Source: Gemmatimonadaceae bacterium (lineage in GTDB: Bacteria; Gemmatimonadota; Gemmatimonadetes; Gemmatimonadales; Gemmatimonadaceae). Taken from it: a DNA stretch of 64,000 bases. This document shows positions 37,549-47,968 of this stretch, piece by piece (positions within the stretch are counted from its first letter, which is position 1; each line of letters starts with the position of its first letter). The position numbers were made by a program, and so were the translations under genes. Location: the NCBI GenBank assembly GCA_044229035.1, contig JBGATT010000005.1, positions 4,114 through 68,113 of the forward strand, written 5' to 3'. The notes below the pieces were generated by a model that was not told the DNA's origin, did not search any database, and was given only the letters and a program-made list of their open reading frames with translations.

Positions 37549-38982
37549 ATGCGGCTGCGGCCCACGCTCCTCCTCTCGTGCCTCCTCGCCGCCGCGTGCC
37601 AGCGCGCGACGCTCGCGCGCGCGCCGCTCGGGCCGACCTCCGGTGGCCTGGTGAGCGGCACGGTGCGCGACAGCGCCTCGCGCGCCCCGCTCGCTGGTGC
37701 GCTGGTGCAGCTGGTCTCCGCCGATCCCGGTATCACCGTCACCCGCGCGACGCGCAGCGATCCGCAGGGTGGCTATCGCATCGATTCCGTACCACCCGGC
37801 CGCTACTCGGTGGGCTTCCTGCACGACCGCCTCGATTCGCTCGGGATGCAGGCGCCGGTACGTCTCGTCACGGTGCGCGAGGGGCGTGTCACGCGCTTCG
37901 ATCTCGTCTCACCGGCCGCCCGTGTGCTGCGCGCGACCTACTGTCCCGGGCAGACGACCACCGGCGCCGTGGTGATCGGCGTGGTACGCAGCGCGAGCGA
38001 CCGCATGCCGGTCGCGAACGCCGAGGTGGTGGGAGAGTGGCTGGAGTTCGTCATGAGCGGGACCGCGTTGCGGCGGCAGCAACCGGCACTGTACGCGCGC
38101 ACCGCCGACGATGGCGGCTATGTGCTCTGCAACGTGCCGCTCGAGGGCAGCGTCTTCGTGAGCGCCAACATCGGCGCCGACACGACGGACCGCATCGAAC
38201 TGCTCGCCGACCGTTCCGGCGTGATGCGGCGCGATCTCTACGTGGGGCCGGTGCGATCGACCACGGGCGACGGCACGCCCGCCGCGCGGCGCCAGCGCGC
38301 GGGGGATGGGGCGCTGCGCGGCAGCGTCCGCACCGCCGACGGCGACCAGCCGTTGCCGAATGCAATGGTCCGGATCGTCGACGGTCCGCAGGTGCGCACG
38401 AATGCGCGCGGCGAATGGACGCTCGCGCAGGTCCCCGACGGCACCCGGGTGCTCGAGGTGCGGGCGCTCGGCTACTATCCGGTCTCGCAGCCGGTCGATG
38501 TGCTGGCGGGGACGCCACCGGTGCGGATCGCGATGATGACGTTCCAGTCGGTGCTCGATACGGTGCGCGTCGTCGCCGCGCGCGATGCCGACCGGAGCGG
38601 GGGCGGATTCGCGCGTCGCAGCCGTTCGCTCGGCGCTGGCAGCTTTGTCGACGCGGCGCAGATCCGCGCGCGGGGCGGCGTGACCACCACCGACATCTTC
38701 CGGTCGATGAACGGGGTGCGGCTCGACGGCGTCGGCTACGAGCGCACCATCCTCCTGCGTGGTGCCTTCGGCGAGTGCGCGCCGAGCGTCTACGTCGACG
38801 GGCTCTACATGGCGAAGCCCACCGCGGACGAGATCGATCTCATCGCGCCGCGGCAGACGATCACCGCGATCGAGGTGTACGCCGAAGGCACCACACCCGC
38901 CGAGTTCGCGCGCGCGCTCGACGGGTGCGGGGCCATCGTGATCTGGACGCGGCCGGTCCGGCAGGGGCGCCGGCCGCGCTGA
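37549..38982 (+). CDS. Lipoprotein with three carboxypeptidase-regulatory-like domains and a C-terminal TonB-plug-like domain
   Basis: LAAA-C; three GxVR...PL..A.V...T...G.Y/W units; GFARR..GAGSFVDAAQI..DIFRSMNGV; C.PSVYVDG; ITAIEVY; CGAIVIWT. Confidence 0.75.
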   Translation: MRLRPTLLLSCLLAAACQRATLARAPLGPTSGGLVSGTVRDSASRAPLAGALVQLVSADPGITVTRATRSDPQGGYRIDSVPPGRYSVGFLHDRLDSLGMQAPVRLVTVREGRVTRFDLVSPAARVLRATYCPGQTTTGAVVIGVVRSASDRMPVANAEVVGEWLEFVMSGTALRRQQPALYARTADDGGYVLCNVPLEGSVFVSANIGADTTDRIELLADRSGVMRRDLYVGPVRSTTGDGTPAARRQRAGDGALRGSVRTADGDQPLPNAMVRIVDGPQVRTNARGEWTLAQVPDGTRVLEVRALGYYPVSQPVDVLAGTPPVRIAMMTFQSVLDTVRVVAARDADRSGGGFARRSRSLGAGSFVDAAQIRARGGVTTTDIFRSMNGVRLDGVGYERTILLRGAFGECAPSVYVDGLYMAKPTADEIDLIAPRQTITAIEVYAEGTTPAEFARALDGCGAIVIWTRPVRQGRRPR

Positions 38983-38994
38983 GTCTCGGACCGG

Positions 38995-41991
38995 TCAGCG
39001 CTTGGCCGGCACCAGCACACTCGTCTGCTCGGGGCTCACACGCACGACGCGCATGACCTGCGAGTACGTCCGGTCGCCGACCACGAGCACCACGCGATAG
39101 TCCCCGGTCTCGGCGTACGTGATGCGCTGGCCGCCGAAGCCGCCACCGCCGCCCCCCTGGCCACGTCCACCGCCGGCTTGCGCGGCCGCCGCGAGGGCAC
39201 GGGCCTGCGCGGTCGGCGTGCCCGACGAGTCCGGCGCGAGGCGCGACTCGGCGGGACGCGGATCGAAGCCCGCCGGGAAGCCCGGCGCGTTCACCGGTCC
39301 CTGATTGCCGAATCGTCCGCCGCCGCCACCGAAGCCCGCGAAGGCACCGGCCCCGCCGATCGCGAGGTTCCAGTTTACCGTGTTGAGGCCGGCGTTGTTC
39401 GTGCCGGTGAGCCGCGCGAGCGTGTCACCGGCCATGTTGAGCACGAAGAGCCGCGGGGCGCCCGTGCCCGGCATCCCGAGCCGGTAGGTGATCGCCGCGC
39501 CCGGTGCGACGCGATCGCCACGCCACATGCGATGCGCGCGGGGTTCCGAGCCCACCGGCCGCTCGCCGTACTGGAGCGCGACCGTCGGGGCGAAGAGATG
39601 CGCCGGCTTCCCGAGCACCTCCGCGGTCATCTGCTGGAGTGGCGCCACGTCGAGGATCTGCACTGCGCGCCCATGCGTGCCCGCGATGAGCTCGCGGTCG
39701 CGCGGGTGGACCTGCAGGTCGTAGACGGGGACCGTCGGCAGGTTCGACTGGAGCGGGAACCAGGAGGTCCCCCGATCGAGCGAGGCGTAGACGCCCAGTT
39801 CCGTGCCGATGTACAGCAGTCGCGGGTTCACCGGGTCCTCGCGGACGACGTACACCGTGTTGGGCCGGTCGGTCGGGATGCCGCCGGCGATCGACGTGAA
39901 CGTCCTCCCGAAGTCGGTCGACATGTAGAGGTACGGCTTGAAGTCGTTGTCGCGGTGGTTGTCGAATGCGACGTAGACCGTGCCCGAGTCCGCGAACGAG
40001 GCGTCGATCTTGCTGACGTGGGTGAAGGGCGGGACGCCGGGGAAACGCGCACTCAGGTCCTCCCAGGTCGCGCCGTCGTTGCGGGTGAGCCAGACCTTGC
40101 CGTCATTCGTGCCGACGTAGAGGAGGCCGGCGCGGATGGGCGACTCGGCGATGGTGACGATGGTCGCGTTCTCCTCGGCGCCGGTCGCGTCGCGCGTGAT
40201 GCCGCCCGTCGCGTCCACCGCGACGTTGCCGAGCGAGTCGAAGCCGGTGGTGACGCGGATCCGGGTCTCGTCGCGCGACGACAGGTCGCCCGAGATCGCG
40301 ACGGGATCGAGCCCCTTCTTGACGCTCTTGAAGAGCTTCTCTGCGCCCGAGTAGAACACGTTCGCATCGTGACGGGAGAGCAGGAACGGCGTGTTCCAGT
40401 TCCAGCGCGTCGCGACGTTCGGGTCGGCGAGCTGCCGGCGCATCTCGGCCCGGATGGAATCGATGGAGGTGCGCTGCGCCTGCGTGAGCGGAGTGGTGCC
40501 GTCGCCGCGCACGCGCGCGATCGCCTGGCCGAACTGCGTGCGCGTGACGGTGCGCGCGCGGACGCTCACGTTCTCGCCGGTCGCGAGGTTGCGACGCGAG
40601 ATGTTGCCGCCCTGCGACTCGTAGTACACGTAGTCCGGTTCGAACGGGTCCTGCGCCGACTGCAGCCCGTCCGCCGCGAAGACCGCGAACCAGTCGGTCA
40701 TCTGGAGCGGCGCGTTGCCGCGGCGGCTCAGGCCGCACGAGGTGCCGTTGTCCTGCAGGCCGCCACAGACGCGGTAGGGGACCTGGTAGTCGAAGCTGAT
40801 CCCGTAGAACTGGCCCATCGCCATGTTGTTCAGCGCGTCATACGTGCCGCCGCGATCCCAGGTCTGGAAGACCCCGGCGTCGCCGCCGACGATCCAGTGG
40901 TCGGGATCGTTCGGGTCGATCCACATCCCGTGGTAGTCCTCGTGGATGCCGACCATGCCGAGGCGCCACGAACGGCCGCCGTCGTCGGAGGAGGCGAAGT
41001 CGACCGCCATGCGATAGAGGCGGTCCGGGTTCCGCGGGTCGACGCGGATCTGCGAGAAGTAGAAGGGCCGGTTGTTGATCGTGCTCATCCACTCCCACGT
41101 CCGTCCGGCGTCCTTCGACCGGTAGAGGCCGCTCAGCAGCCGCTGCGGCTTGGCGCCCTTCACGGAGTCGGCCTCGACCATCGCGTAGACCACGTCCGGC
41201 GCGCTCGGCGCGATCGCGAGCGAGATGCGCCCCTTCGTCGTCTCGGGGAACCCGCCACCCTTGATCTCGGTCCAGGTGGTGCCGCCGTCGGTCGACTTCC
41301 ACAGGGCCGATCCGGGCCCGCCGGACTTGAGGTAGTAGCTCTTGCGGATCCGCTCCCAGCTGGCGGCGTAGAGCACATCGGGGTTGCGCGGATCGATGGC
41401 GATGTCCACGAAGCCGGCGCGCGGCGAGATGAACTTGCTCAGCGTCCAGGTGCGGCCGCCGTCGGTCGTCTTGTAGAGGCCGCGCTCGGGGTTCGTGGAC
41501 CAGAGGGCTCCCAGGGCCGCGACCCAGACGATGTTCGGGTTCGTCGGGTGGATGATGATGCGCCCGATGTGCTGCGTCCGCTCGAGCCCCATCGCCTGCC
41601 AGGTCAGTCCGCCATCGACCGACTTGTAGATCCCCATGCCCGGCTGCACCGAGTTGCGCGAATCCTCCTCGCCGGTGCCGGCCCAGATGATGTTCGGGTC
41701 GCTCGGCGCGATCGCCAGGTCGCCCATGGACGCGATGGGGGCGCGGTCCCAGAGCGGGAAGAAGCTCGTGCCGGCGTTGATGGTCTTCCAGATCCCGCCA
41801 GTGGCGCCGGCGACGTAGAACGTCTTCGGTGCGCTCGGGTGCGCTTCGACGTCGGTGATGCGGCCGGCCATGTTCACCGGACCGATGGAGCGCCACCGGA
41901 GGCCGGCGAGCGTGGTGGAGTCGGGCGTCTGGGCGCCGGCGAGGCCGACGGCGACGCTGAGGACCGCGGTCGCGCGGAGGAGGGAGCGCAT
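38995..41991 (-). CDS. Secreted VPS10/sortilin-like BNR-repeat beta-propeller protein
   Basis: Signal peptide; LRWRSIGP..GRITDV; many SxDGGxTW Asp-boxes; GGLQDNG; RWNWNTP; GTHGR. Confidence 0.85.
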   Translation of the reverse strand: MRSLLRATAVLSVAVGLAGAQTPDSTTLAGLRWRSIGPVNMAGRITDVEAHPSAPKTFYVAGATGGIWKTINAGTSFFPLWDRAPIASMGDLAIAPSDPNIIWAGTGEEDSRNSVQPGMGIYKSVDGGLTWQAMGLERTQHIGRIIIHPTNPNIVWVAALGALWSTNPERGLYKTTDGGRTWTLSKFISPRAGFVDIAIDPRNPDVLYAASWERIRKSYYLKSGGPGSALWKSTDGGTTWTEIKGGGFPETTKGRISLAIAPSAPDVVYAMVEADSVKGAKPQRLLSGLYRSKDAGRTWEWMSTINNRPFYFSQIRVDPRNPDRLYRMAVDFASSDDGGRSWRLGMVGIHEDYHGMWIDPNDPDHWIVGGDAGVFQTWDRGGTYDALNNMAMGQFYGISFDYQVPYRVCGGLQDNGTSCGLSRRGNAPLQMTDWFAVFAADGLQSAQDPFEPDYVYYESQGGNISRRNLATGENVSVRARTVTRTQFGQAIARVRGDGTTPLTQAQRTSIDSIRAEMRRQLADPNVATRWNWNTPFLLSRHDANVFYSGAEKLFKSVKKGLDPVAISGDLSSRDETRIRVTTGFDSLGNVAVDATGGITRDATGAEENATIVTIAESPIRAGLLYVGTNDGKVWLTRNDGATWEDLSARFPGVPPFTHVSKIDASFADSGTVYVAFDNHRDNDFKPYLYMSTDFGRTFTSIAGGIPTDRPNTVYVVREDPVNPRLLYIGTELGVYASLDRGTSWFPLQSNLPTVPVYDLQVHPRDRELIAGTHGRAVQILDVAPLQQMTAEVLGKPAHLFAPTVALQYGERPVGSEPRAHRMWRGDRVAPGAAITYRLGMPGTGAPRLFVLNMAGDTLARLTGTNNAGLNTVNWNLAIGGAGAFAGFGGGGGRFGNQGPVNAPGFPAGFDPRPAESRLAPDSSGTPTAQARALAAAAQAGGGRGQGGGGGGFGGQRITYAETGDYRVVLVVGDRTYSQVMRVVRVSPEQTSVLVPAKR

Positions 41992-42156
41992 GGGGCGGAC
42001 GGGCTGGGGTGGGGAACGGACGTCAGGCGGGAATCTGTCCGCACTGGGTACGCGCGGCGAGGGCGGGGCGTTCGCCGGCGCGGAGGCGGCGAACGGCCAC
42101 GAGTCGCGCCGTCGTCGGCTGGCGGCCGCGTCCGCGGCCGGTAACTTCCCCCGGGC

Positions 42157-43410
42157 ATGACCGCCCCCGCCCCCCGCCAGCGCTCCATCACGCCGAGCTT
42201 CACCGCCGGCGTCGCCGCGCCCCCCGTCTGGGTCAAACCCGATCACACGCTCGAGGCCGCCGGCGTCGAGGGTGAGATCGTCGTCGCGCGGGTGCGCGTG
42301 CTCGTCATGGGGTTGCTGCTCATCGCGCCGCTCTGGAACGTCGCGCATGCGCCGCAGGAGCCGATCCACCTCACCGGCTTCACCATCACGCTGCTGGCGT
42401 GGTTCATCTCCATCGGCATCTGGCGCGCCATCGCCGCCGGCCGGTGGCGCCCCTGGATCGGCTTCGCGTCGAGCGCCTTCGACGTCACCATGGTCAGCAT
42501 CGCGCTGACGAGCTTCTTCGTCGTGAGCTCGCCGCTCGTCGCGCTCAACTCGAAGGTGACCTTCGAGATGTACTTCCTCGCCATCACCGCGACGAGCCTC
42601 CGCTACGACGCCCGCATCTGCATCGGTGCGGGGGCGCTCGCCGGGCTCCAGTACGGGGGACTCTGGGTCGCGGGCTCGCTCGGCTACGACCTGTACGACC
42701 CCTCGTACGTCGCGCAGGCCGGTCCGTACCTGCCCGTGGACCTCGCCACGCGGCTCCTCCTGCTCGCCATCGCGACCCTCCTCTCGGTGACGCTCGTGCA
42801 GCGGGCCCAGCGGCTGCTCTATCTCGCGGCGCGCGACCGGCTCACCGGGCTGTTCAATCGCGGCCACTTCGACACCGCGCTCGACCAGGCGATCAGTGCC
42901 GCCTCGCGCAGCGGACAGCCGCTCGCGCTCGCGATCCTCGACATCGACCACTTCAAGCGGATCAACGACGAGCACGGCCACGCGCGCGGCGACCAGGCCA
43001 TCCGCATCATCGCCGACCGGCTCGCCAACGGCATGCGGCGGTCCGACATCGTCGCGCGCTACGGCGGCGAGGAGTTCGTCGTGCTCATGCCGGGGACCCC
43101 GCCGGAGTCGGCGCTGCTGCGCATCGAGGCGATCCGCCGCGAGATCGCGGCAGTGCCGATCGAACTGGGCGAGGGCCGCGTGCTCCACATCAACTTCTCC
43201 GCGGGCGTCGCGGGCTCCCCCACCGACGGGAGCATGGAGCGCACGCCCGCGGCCGGCGGGCTCGGCACCCCCGATGCGCTGCTCGTGCTCGCCGACGAAC
43301 GGCTGCTCGCGGCCAAGCGCGCTGGACGGGCCCGCTGCTACGGACCGGGGACGATCCTCCAGGCCGCGCCGCCCGCGCGCCGCTCCTCGGGCGCGCTGCG
43401 ACTCCGCTAG
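42157..43410 (+). CDS. Membrane-bound diguanylate cyclase (GGDEF)
   Basis: About 6 TM segments; DRLTGLFNR, DIDHFKRINDEHGH..GD, I-site RRSD, RYGGEEF, AKRAGR. Confidence 0.92.
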   Translation: MTAPAPRQRSITPSFTAGVAAPPVWVKPDHTLEAAGVEGEIVVARVRVLVMGLLLIAPLWNVAHAPQEPIHLTGFTITLLAWFISIGIWRAIAAGRWRPWIGFASSAFDVTMVSIALTSFFVVSSPLVALNSKVTFEMYFLAITATSLRYDARICIGAGALAGLQYGGLWVAGSLGYDLYDPSYVAQAGPYLPVDLATRLLLLAIATLLSVTLVQRAQRLLYLAARDRLTGLFNRGHFDTALDQAISAASRSGQPLALAILDIDHFKRINDEHGHARGDQAIRIIADRLANGMRRSDIVARYGGEEFVVLMPGTPPESALLRIEAIRREIAAVPIELGEGRVLHINFSAGVAGSPTDGSMERTPAAGGLGTPDALLVLADERLLAAKRAGRARCYGPGTILQAAPPARRSSGALRLR

Positions 43411-44870
43411 GGCGTCCCGGTCCACACCTCGACGACCTTCCGACCGTCGAGCTTCACGCCGTTCTTGCGCCAGCGCGTACGGGCGCCGCGCGCCGGCCAG
43501 ATCACCTCGATGTCCACCTTGCCGCTTCCGCCCAAGCCGAGGTGCACCGGCACATCCGACTGCGCGTCGTAGCCCGAACCCGCATCGATCACGCGCACAC
43601 CCAGCAGCGCATCCGTGCCCTCGGCGTAGACGCGGACCTCGGCGCCCGCCCGCGTCGCATGGAACGCCCCGTCCACGACGCGCACGCGGACCGACCGACG
43701 CGCGATGCTCGGATGCAGCGTCGGGGTGAAGAGCGCATGCGCGCCTTGGCCGGTGAGCGCGAGCTCCACCGCACCGTCGCCGTTCACGTCCGCCCAAGCG
43801 GCCCCGTGATCGGCCGGCACCGCGGCGACCGCCGTCGGGATCGCATCGACGAAGCGCCCATTCTCCTGACGATACAGGTAGTCAGGCCAGTTCTTCCCCT
43901 GTGTCACGGTGCCGTTGAGATAGAGGTCGAGCTTCCCGTCGTTGTCGACGTCGGCGAGCGCGCAGGTGTCGTACCGCCCGTCGACCGCGATCCCCCACGC
44001 CTCCGAGACATCCGTGAAGCCGCCGCCCGCGCGCCCGAGGAACAGGCCGGGCTTGCCGTAGTTCGCGAAGACCGCGTCGAGCAGTCCGTCCCCGTTCACG
44101 TCGGCGACGCAGGGGCGCACCGTTCCATTCGCCGGGTCCCGCGGCGTGCGGCCGCCCCAGGCGAGTCCCCACGACTCGGCGACGTCAGTGAACCGGCCGT
44201 CATCATTGCGGAACGCGCCGTTGGCGTCGCCATCCATGTTCCCGACGAGGAGATCGAGGTCGCCGTCGGCGTCGAGGTCGGCCCAGGCGGCCCCCACGCT
44301 CTTGCGCGCGTCCGCGAGCCCGACGTCGGCCGCGATGTCGGTGAAGCGCGCCCCCTCATTGCGGAACAGCATGTTGGCGCGGTCGCGGAAGGCCACGAAG
44401 AGGTCGAGATCCTCGTCGCCATCGATGTCCACCCAGACCGGCTGCCGCACGGCACCGGCCGCGACCGCGAGCCCCGCCTCGGCGGTGGCGTCGACGAAGC
44501 TGCCGCGGTCGTTGCGATAGAGCGTGAGCACGCCCCCGTCGCCCGGCGCGAAGCCGACGAGGAGGTCGGGGTCCGCGTCGCCGTCGTAGTCGCCCCAGGC
44601 CGCGGCGCGCGTCGCCCGTGCGGCCGCCAGACCGACCGTCGCGCCCACCTCGACGAAACGTCCCCGGTCGTTCCGGTAGAAGCGGTTCGGCGTTCCGCCG
44701 AACCCGACAAAGAGGTCGGCATCGCCATCGCTGTCGGGGTCGCCGAACGCATTCACGAGCGCACCGGTGGCGGCGAACAGTTCCGGCTGCACGGGCGTCA
44801 TCGGGAGCGGGGCGGCCGCCGTGACGAGCGCGGATGCAAGGAGTGCCGGAAGCGCGCGGAAAGGGATCAT
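43407..44870 (-). CDS. CRTAC1-family protein (FG-GAP/VCBS repeats plus ASPIC/UnbV)
   Basis: Repeated DxDxDGDxDL motifs; C-terminal GAEVRV...GSGYDAQS..VHLGLG....IEVIWP. Confidence 0.88.
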   Translation of the reverse strand: MIPFRALPALLASALVTAAAPLPMTPVQPELFAATGALVNAFGDPDSDGDADLFVGFGGTPNRFYRNDRGRFVEVGATVGLAAARATRAAAWGDYDGDADPDLLVGFAPGDGGVLTLYRNDRGSFVDATAEAGLAVAAGAVRQPVWVDIDGDEDLDLFVAFRDRANMLFRNEGARFTDIAADVGLADARKSVGAAWADLDADGDLDLLVGNMDGDANGAFRNDDGRFTDVAESWGLAWGGRTPRDPANGTVRPCVADVNGDGLLDAVFANYGKPGLFLGRAGGGFTDVSEAWGIAVDGRYDTCALADVDNDGKLDLYLNGTVTQGKNWPDYLYRQENGRFVDAIPTAVAAVPADHGAAWADVNGDGAVELALTGQGAHALFTPTLHPSIARRSVRVRVVDGAFHATRAGAEVRVYAEGTDALLGVRVIDAGSGYDAQSDVPVHLGLGGSGKVDIEVIWPARGARTRWRKNGVKLDGRKVVEVWTGTP

Positions 44871-44883
44871 GTCGAACGATGGA

Positions 44884-47800
44884 CTAGGGATACCGCGCGG
44901 TCCAGCGGACGCGGCCACCGCCCGGCGAGCGGAGCTCGATCCGCCGTCCCCCAGGCGTGCGCGTGCTGCGCACGACGTCGGCGCCCTCGGCGCGCACGGT
45001 GGGGGCGCCGAACCCCGCCGGCTCGGTGAGGTGCAGCACGTAGGCGGCACCGGCGACGAGGTCGCTCGTGCCGCTCAACGTGCGGTCCGCCCAGGTGACG
45101 TCGACGAGGTCGACCCCGCCGCACGTCACGTGCCGGTCGGTCGCGAGCAGTTGCGGGTGATCGACGCGCGGGCGCAGGCAGATCGCCTGCACCTGGTACA
45201 GGGAGTCGATCGGTGGCGCCCGGAGCGTGTCGCGCACCACACCGAGCGCGCGTTGAGTCCAGAACTCGAACGCGAGGTAGTCGGTCGCCGGCGTGAGGCC
45301 GAGGTCGGCGAGCGCGACGCGCGGGTCGTCTCCACCGGTGCGCGCGAGCACCGTCCACCGTTCGAACGGCCGTGCGATGTCCACTTGATATAGCGGCACT
45401 GAGAGGCGTTGGTCGGCATCGAAGGGACGCGGGCCGGCACCGCTCACCTCGCGCGCGGCGAGGTGCAACTGCGAGGAGCGCGAGGCATCGACGTCGTAGA
45501 GCTGGCCGGGGCGGGTGAAGAGGACCGGCGCAGTCCGCTGCGCCGCCTCCACGCTCGCCGTGCGGTAGACCTCCGGCGGGTCGGTGATCATCATGACCGA
45601 CCCCGTGAGGGAGGTGAGCGTCGTCGCGCGGTAGCGGTCGGGCTGTCGCAGCTCGATGTGGTCCGGATCGTTGCGCCAGACGACGTTGTTGAACGAGTTG
45701 TACTGCGCGAACGCGCCATAGCCGAAGCCGTCATCCCCGACGCGCATCCCGTCCACGAGCCCGATCAGCTCTGGGCGGATGCCCCAGCACGCGAGCAGGT
45801 AGTTCCGCGTCCCCACCAGCTGGCGCACCTGCGCGACGACGTCGCGGAAGACGACCTCCCGATCCATCCGGCGGTCGGCGTAGTACTCCGCGAAGCTGTT
45901 GTAGCCCTCGTAGCGGAGGTGCCGCAACGCGTCGAGCTTGAAATAGGTCCACCCCATCGCCCGGAGCGAGTCGTACACCGGGGTGACGAGCTGTCGTATC
46001 GTCTCGGGGTTGCTCCCATCCATCACGAAGCCGACCCAGTTGCCATACGCCGGCCGGCCGGCCGCATCCTTGACGAACCACTGCGGGTTCGCCTCGGCGA
46101 CGTCGCGCTGCGCGAAGCTCACGTTGGTCCAGATCCCCGGCTCGAGCCCGCGCTCCGTGATATACCGTCGCAGCGCCGGCAGCCCGCTCGGGAACTTCGC
46201 GTTCGCGGTGAGCCAGTGGTCCGGTACGCCGATGGGCAGCTGCTGGTAGCCGTCGTCGATCTGCAGGTAGGTGAAGCCGTACGGCTTGAGCACTTCGCTC
46301 ATCACGTCCGCGGTGCGGCGGATGTCCGCCTCGGTGACCTTGTCGAAGAAGGCATACCACGACGTCCACCCGGTCACGGAGCCGGCCCACGGCCGGTACG
46401 TCCAGGGGGCGTAGTGTTCGAGCCCGCGATGCCGTTGATAGAAGCGGGGGCGGAAGCGGATCGCGACCTCGCCGCCCTCGGCGGTGAGGGTGAAGTCGGT
46501 GACCCCGTCGCGGTGGAGGGTGTCGGTGCTGATGCGCGTCGTCGCCGGGAAGTCGACCGAGAGCAGCCAGTCGCGCTGGCGATCGTAGACCGCCCGATTG
46601 CGCCCGTTGTCCGCGGGGCCGATGCTGTGCCGGACGATCGCGCGCGCGTCCTCCGCGGGCTCCGGCTCCGCCGCGAATCCCTCGTCCGAGGCGTGCACGG
46701 ACCCGAGCAGTTGCACGCGTCCGCCGCGGCCGCGTGCGGTCCACTTCATCACCTGCGTCACGCGGCCGTCGCTGGTGTCGAGGGCGATCCGCACATCCGG
46801 TGCGTCGCCGCGCGCGCTGAGCCGCGCTTCGAGGATCAGCGCGCCGTCGTACAGGAGACGGAGCGTCGAGTCCGTCCGGACGATCGTCGCGGGCGAATTG
46901 GGGGGTGCGGGGAAGCCCGTTGTCGGCATCGGCTCCGCGCCAGGCACCCGTGCCGCGTCCACCGTCGTCGTCCCGGGATTGCGGCGCTCGGCCACCGTGG
47001 CGAGCAGCTCCGGCATCGCATGGAACTGGTCCACATGGTCGGGCGCGGTGTTGCCGGCGAACCCCCGCACGGTGAATCCCCCGGCGACCACTTCGCTCAG
47101 TTGCTGCATCCCGCGCGGACCGACGCGGAGCATCGGCGTGCGCCGGAGCCCGAGCGACGCGAGGATCCAGTCCGCCGTCTCCGTGGTGCTCGCGAACGTC
47201 CCCGGGAAGATCTCCGAGTGCGCGATGGTGAACCGCTTCTCGCCGCGCACCGCGGCGCGGGCGAAGGCCGTGAAGGCCGCGAGGTTCGTCGTGTCGAGCG
47301 TCCCCGAATCGGAGAGCACGCGGCCCTCGGGCACGTAGGACGTGTGCATCCCGTCGAGGAGCAGGATGGCGTCGACGCGGTCGAAGTGGCGCGGCGAGAG
47401 CAGGATCGCCCGGATCGCGCCGTGTCCCGCCGAGAATCCGCTCAGCGTGATGCTCGCGAAGCGCATCGGCGTCCCGGCCGCGCGCGCGATGCCCGCGAGC
47501 AGCGAGTCGAACGCCGCCGGTTCGGCGAATGGCCGATGGTACGCCCCGGACCCCGCACCGAGGTTCACGACGGCCGTGATCGCGCTGTCGCCGTGCGCCG
47601 CGACGGCCTGCTGGGGCAGCCAGGCCGCGCCGTGGAAATGGATGACCAGCGAGGAGGTGCCGTGCTGGGTCACGCTGGTCGGCACGTGCACCGAGACCGG
47701 TCGCCCCGCCGGACCGTCGAACGAGACCGTCGCGCCGGAGAGCGGCCGCGGCGCGAGTCGCTCGTGCGGACGCGTCGTCTCGACCATCGGCGACGGGTTC

Positions 47801-47910
47801 TGCGCGGCCGGCGCGGGCGCGCTCCCGCTCGGGGCGGGGGACGAGGGCGCCGCGGGCACGCAGGCCGCGGCGCAGAGGAGCGCGAGCAGGGCGAGAGGGG
47901 AGCGGGGCAT
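44884..47910 (-). CDS. Lipoprotein fusion: alpha/beta-hydrolase-like domain plus GH36/GH27-like (clan GH-D) glycosidase
   Basis: LCAAA-C; N-terminal IHFHG, GFSAG, LLDGMH, DH; C-terminal GWTSWY, QIDDGYQ, KFPSG, YFKLD, MRVGDD, NDPD. Confidence 0.75.
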   Translation of the reverse strand: MPRSPLALLALLCAAACVPAAPSSPAPSGSAPAPAAQNPSPMVETTRPHERLAPRPLSGATVSFDGPAGRPVSVHVPTSVTQHGTSSLVIHFHGAAWLPQQAVAAHGDSAITAVVNLGAGSGAYHRPFAEPAAFDSLLAGIARAAGTPMRFASITLSGFSAGHGAIRAILLSPRHFDRVDAILLLDGMHTSYVPEGRVLSDSGTLDTTNLAAFTAFARAAVRGEKRFTIAHSEIFPGTFASTTETADWILASLGLRRTPMLRVGPRGMQQLSEVVAGGFTVRGFAGNTAPDHVDQFHAMPELLATVAERRNPGTTTVDAARVPGAEPMPTTGFPAPPNSPATIVRTDSTLRLLYDGALILEARLSARGDAPDVRIALDTSDGRVTQVMKWTARGRGGRVQLLGSVHASDEGFAAEPEPAEDARAIVRHSIGPADNGRNRAVYDRQRDWLLSVDFPATTRISTDTLHRDGVTDFTLTAEGGEVAIRFRPRFYQRHRGLEHYAPWTYRPWAGSVTGWTSWYAFFDKVTEADIRRTADVMSEVLKPYGFTYLQIDDGYQQLPIGVPDHWLTANAKFPSGLPALRRYITERGLEPGIWTNVSFAQRDVAEANPQWFVKDAAGRPAYGNWVGFVMDGSNPETIRQLVTPVYDSLRAMGWTYFKLDALRHLRYEGYNSFAEYYADRRMDREVVFRDVVAQVRQLVGTRNYLLACWGIRPELIGLVDGMRVGDDGFGYGAFAQYNSFNNVVWRNDPDHIELRQPDRYRATTLTSLTGSVMMITDPPEVYRTASVEAAQRTAPVLFTRPGQLYDVDASRSSQLHLAAREVSGAGPRPFDADQRLSVPLYQVDIARPFERWTVLARTGGDDPRVALADLGLTPATDYLAFEFWTQRALGVVRDTLRAPPIDSLYQVQAICLRPRVDHPQLLATDRHVTCGGVDLVDVTWADRTLSGTSDLVAGAAYVLHLTEPAGFGAPTVRAEGADVVRSTRTPGGRRIELRSPGGGRVRWTARYP

Positions 47911-47968
47911 GATCGGTTAACTTACCCCGCTCCGCTCACGGCGCATCCGCGCCCCGTGCCCGCCCGAT

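Noticed and set aside
41992-43797. Apparent giant ORFs from upstream extensions (1600-aa VPS10; also 1207-aa SSS, 901-aa plug protein, 930-aa M1, 647-aa DinB)
   Set aside because: The extensions overlap other real genes and are low-complexity. The true starts are marked by signal peptides or family N-termini.
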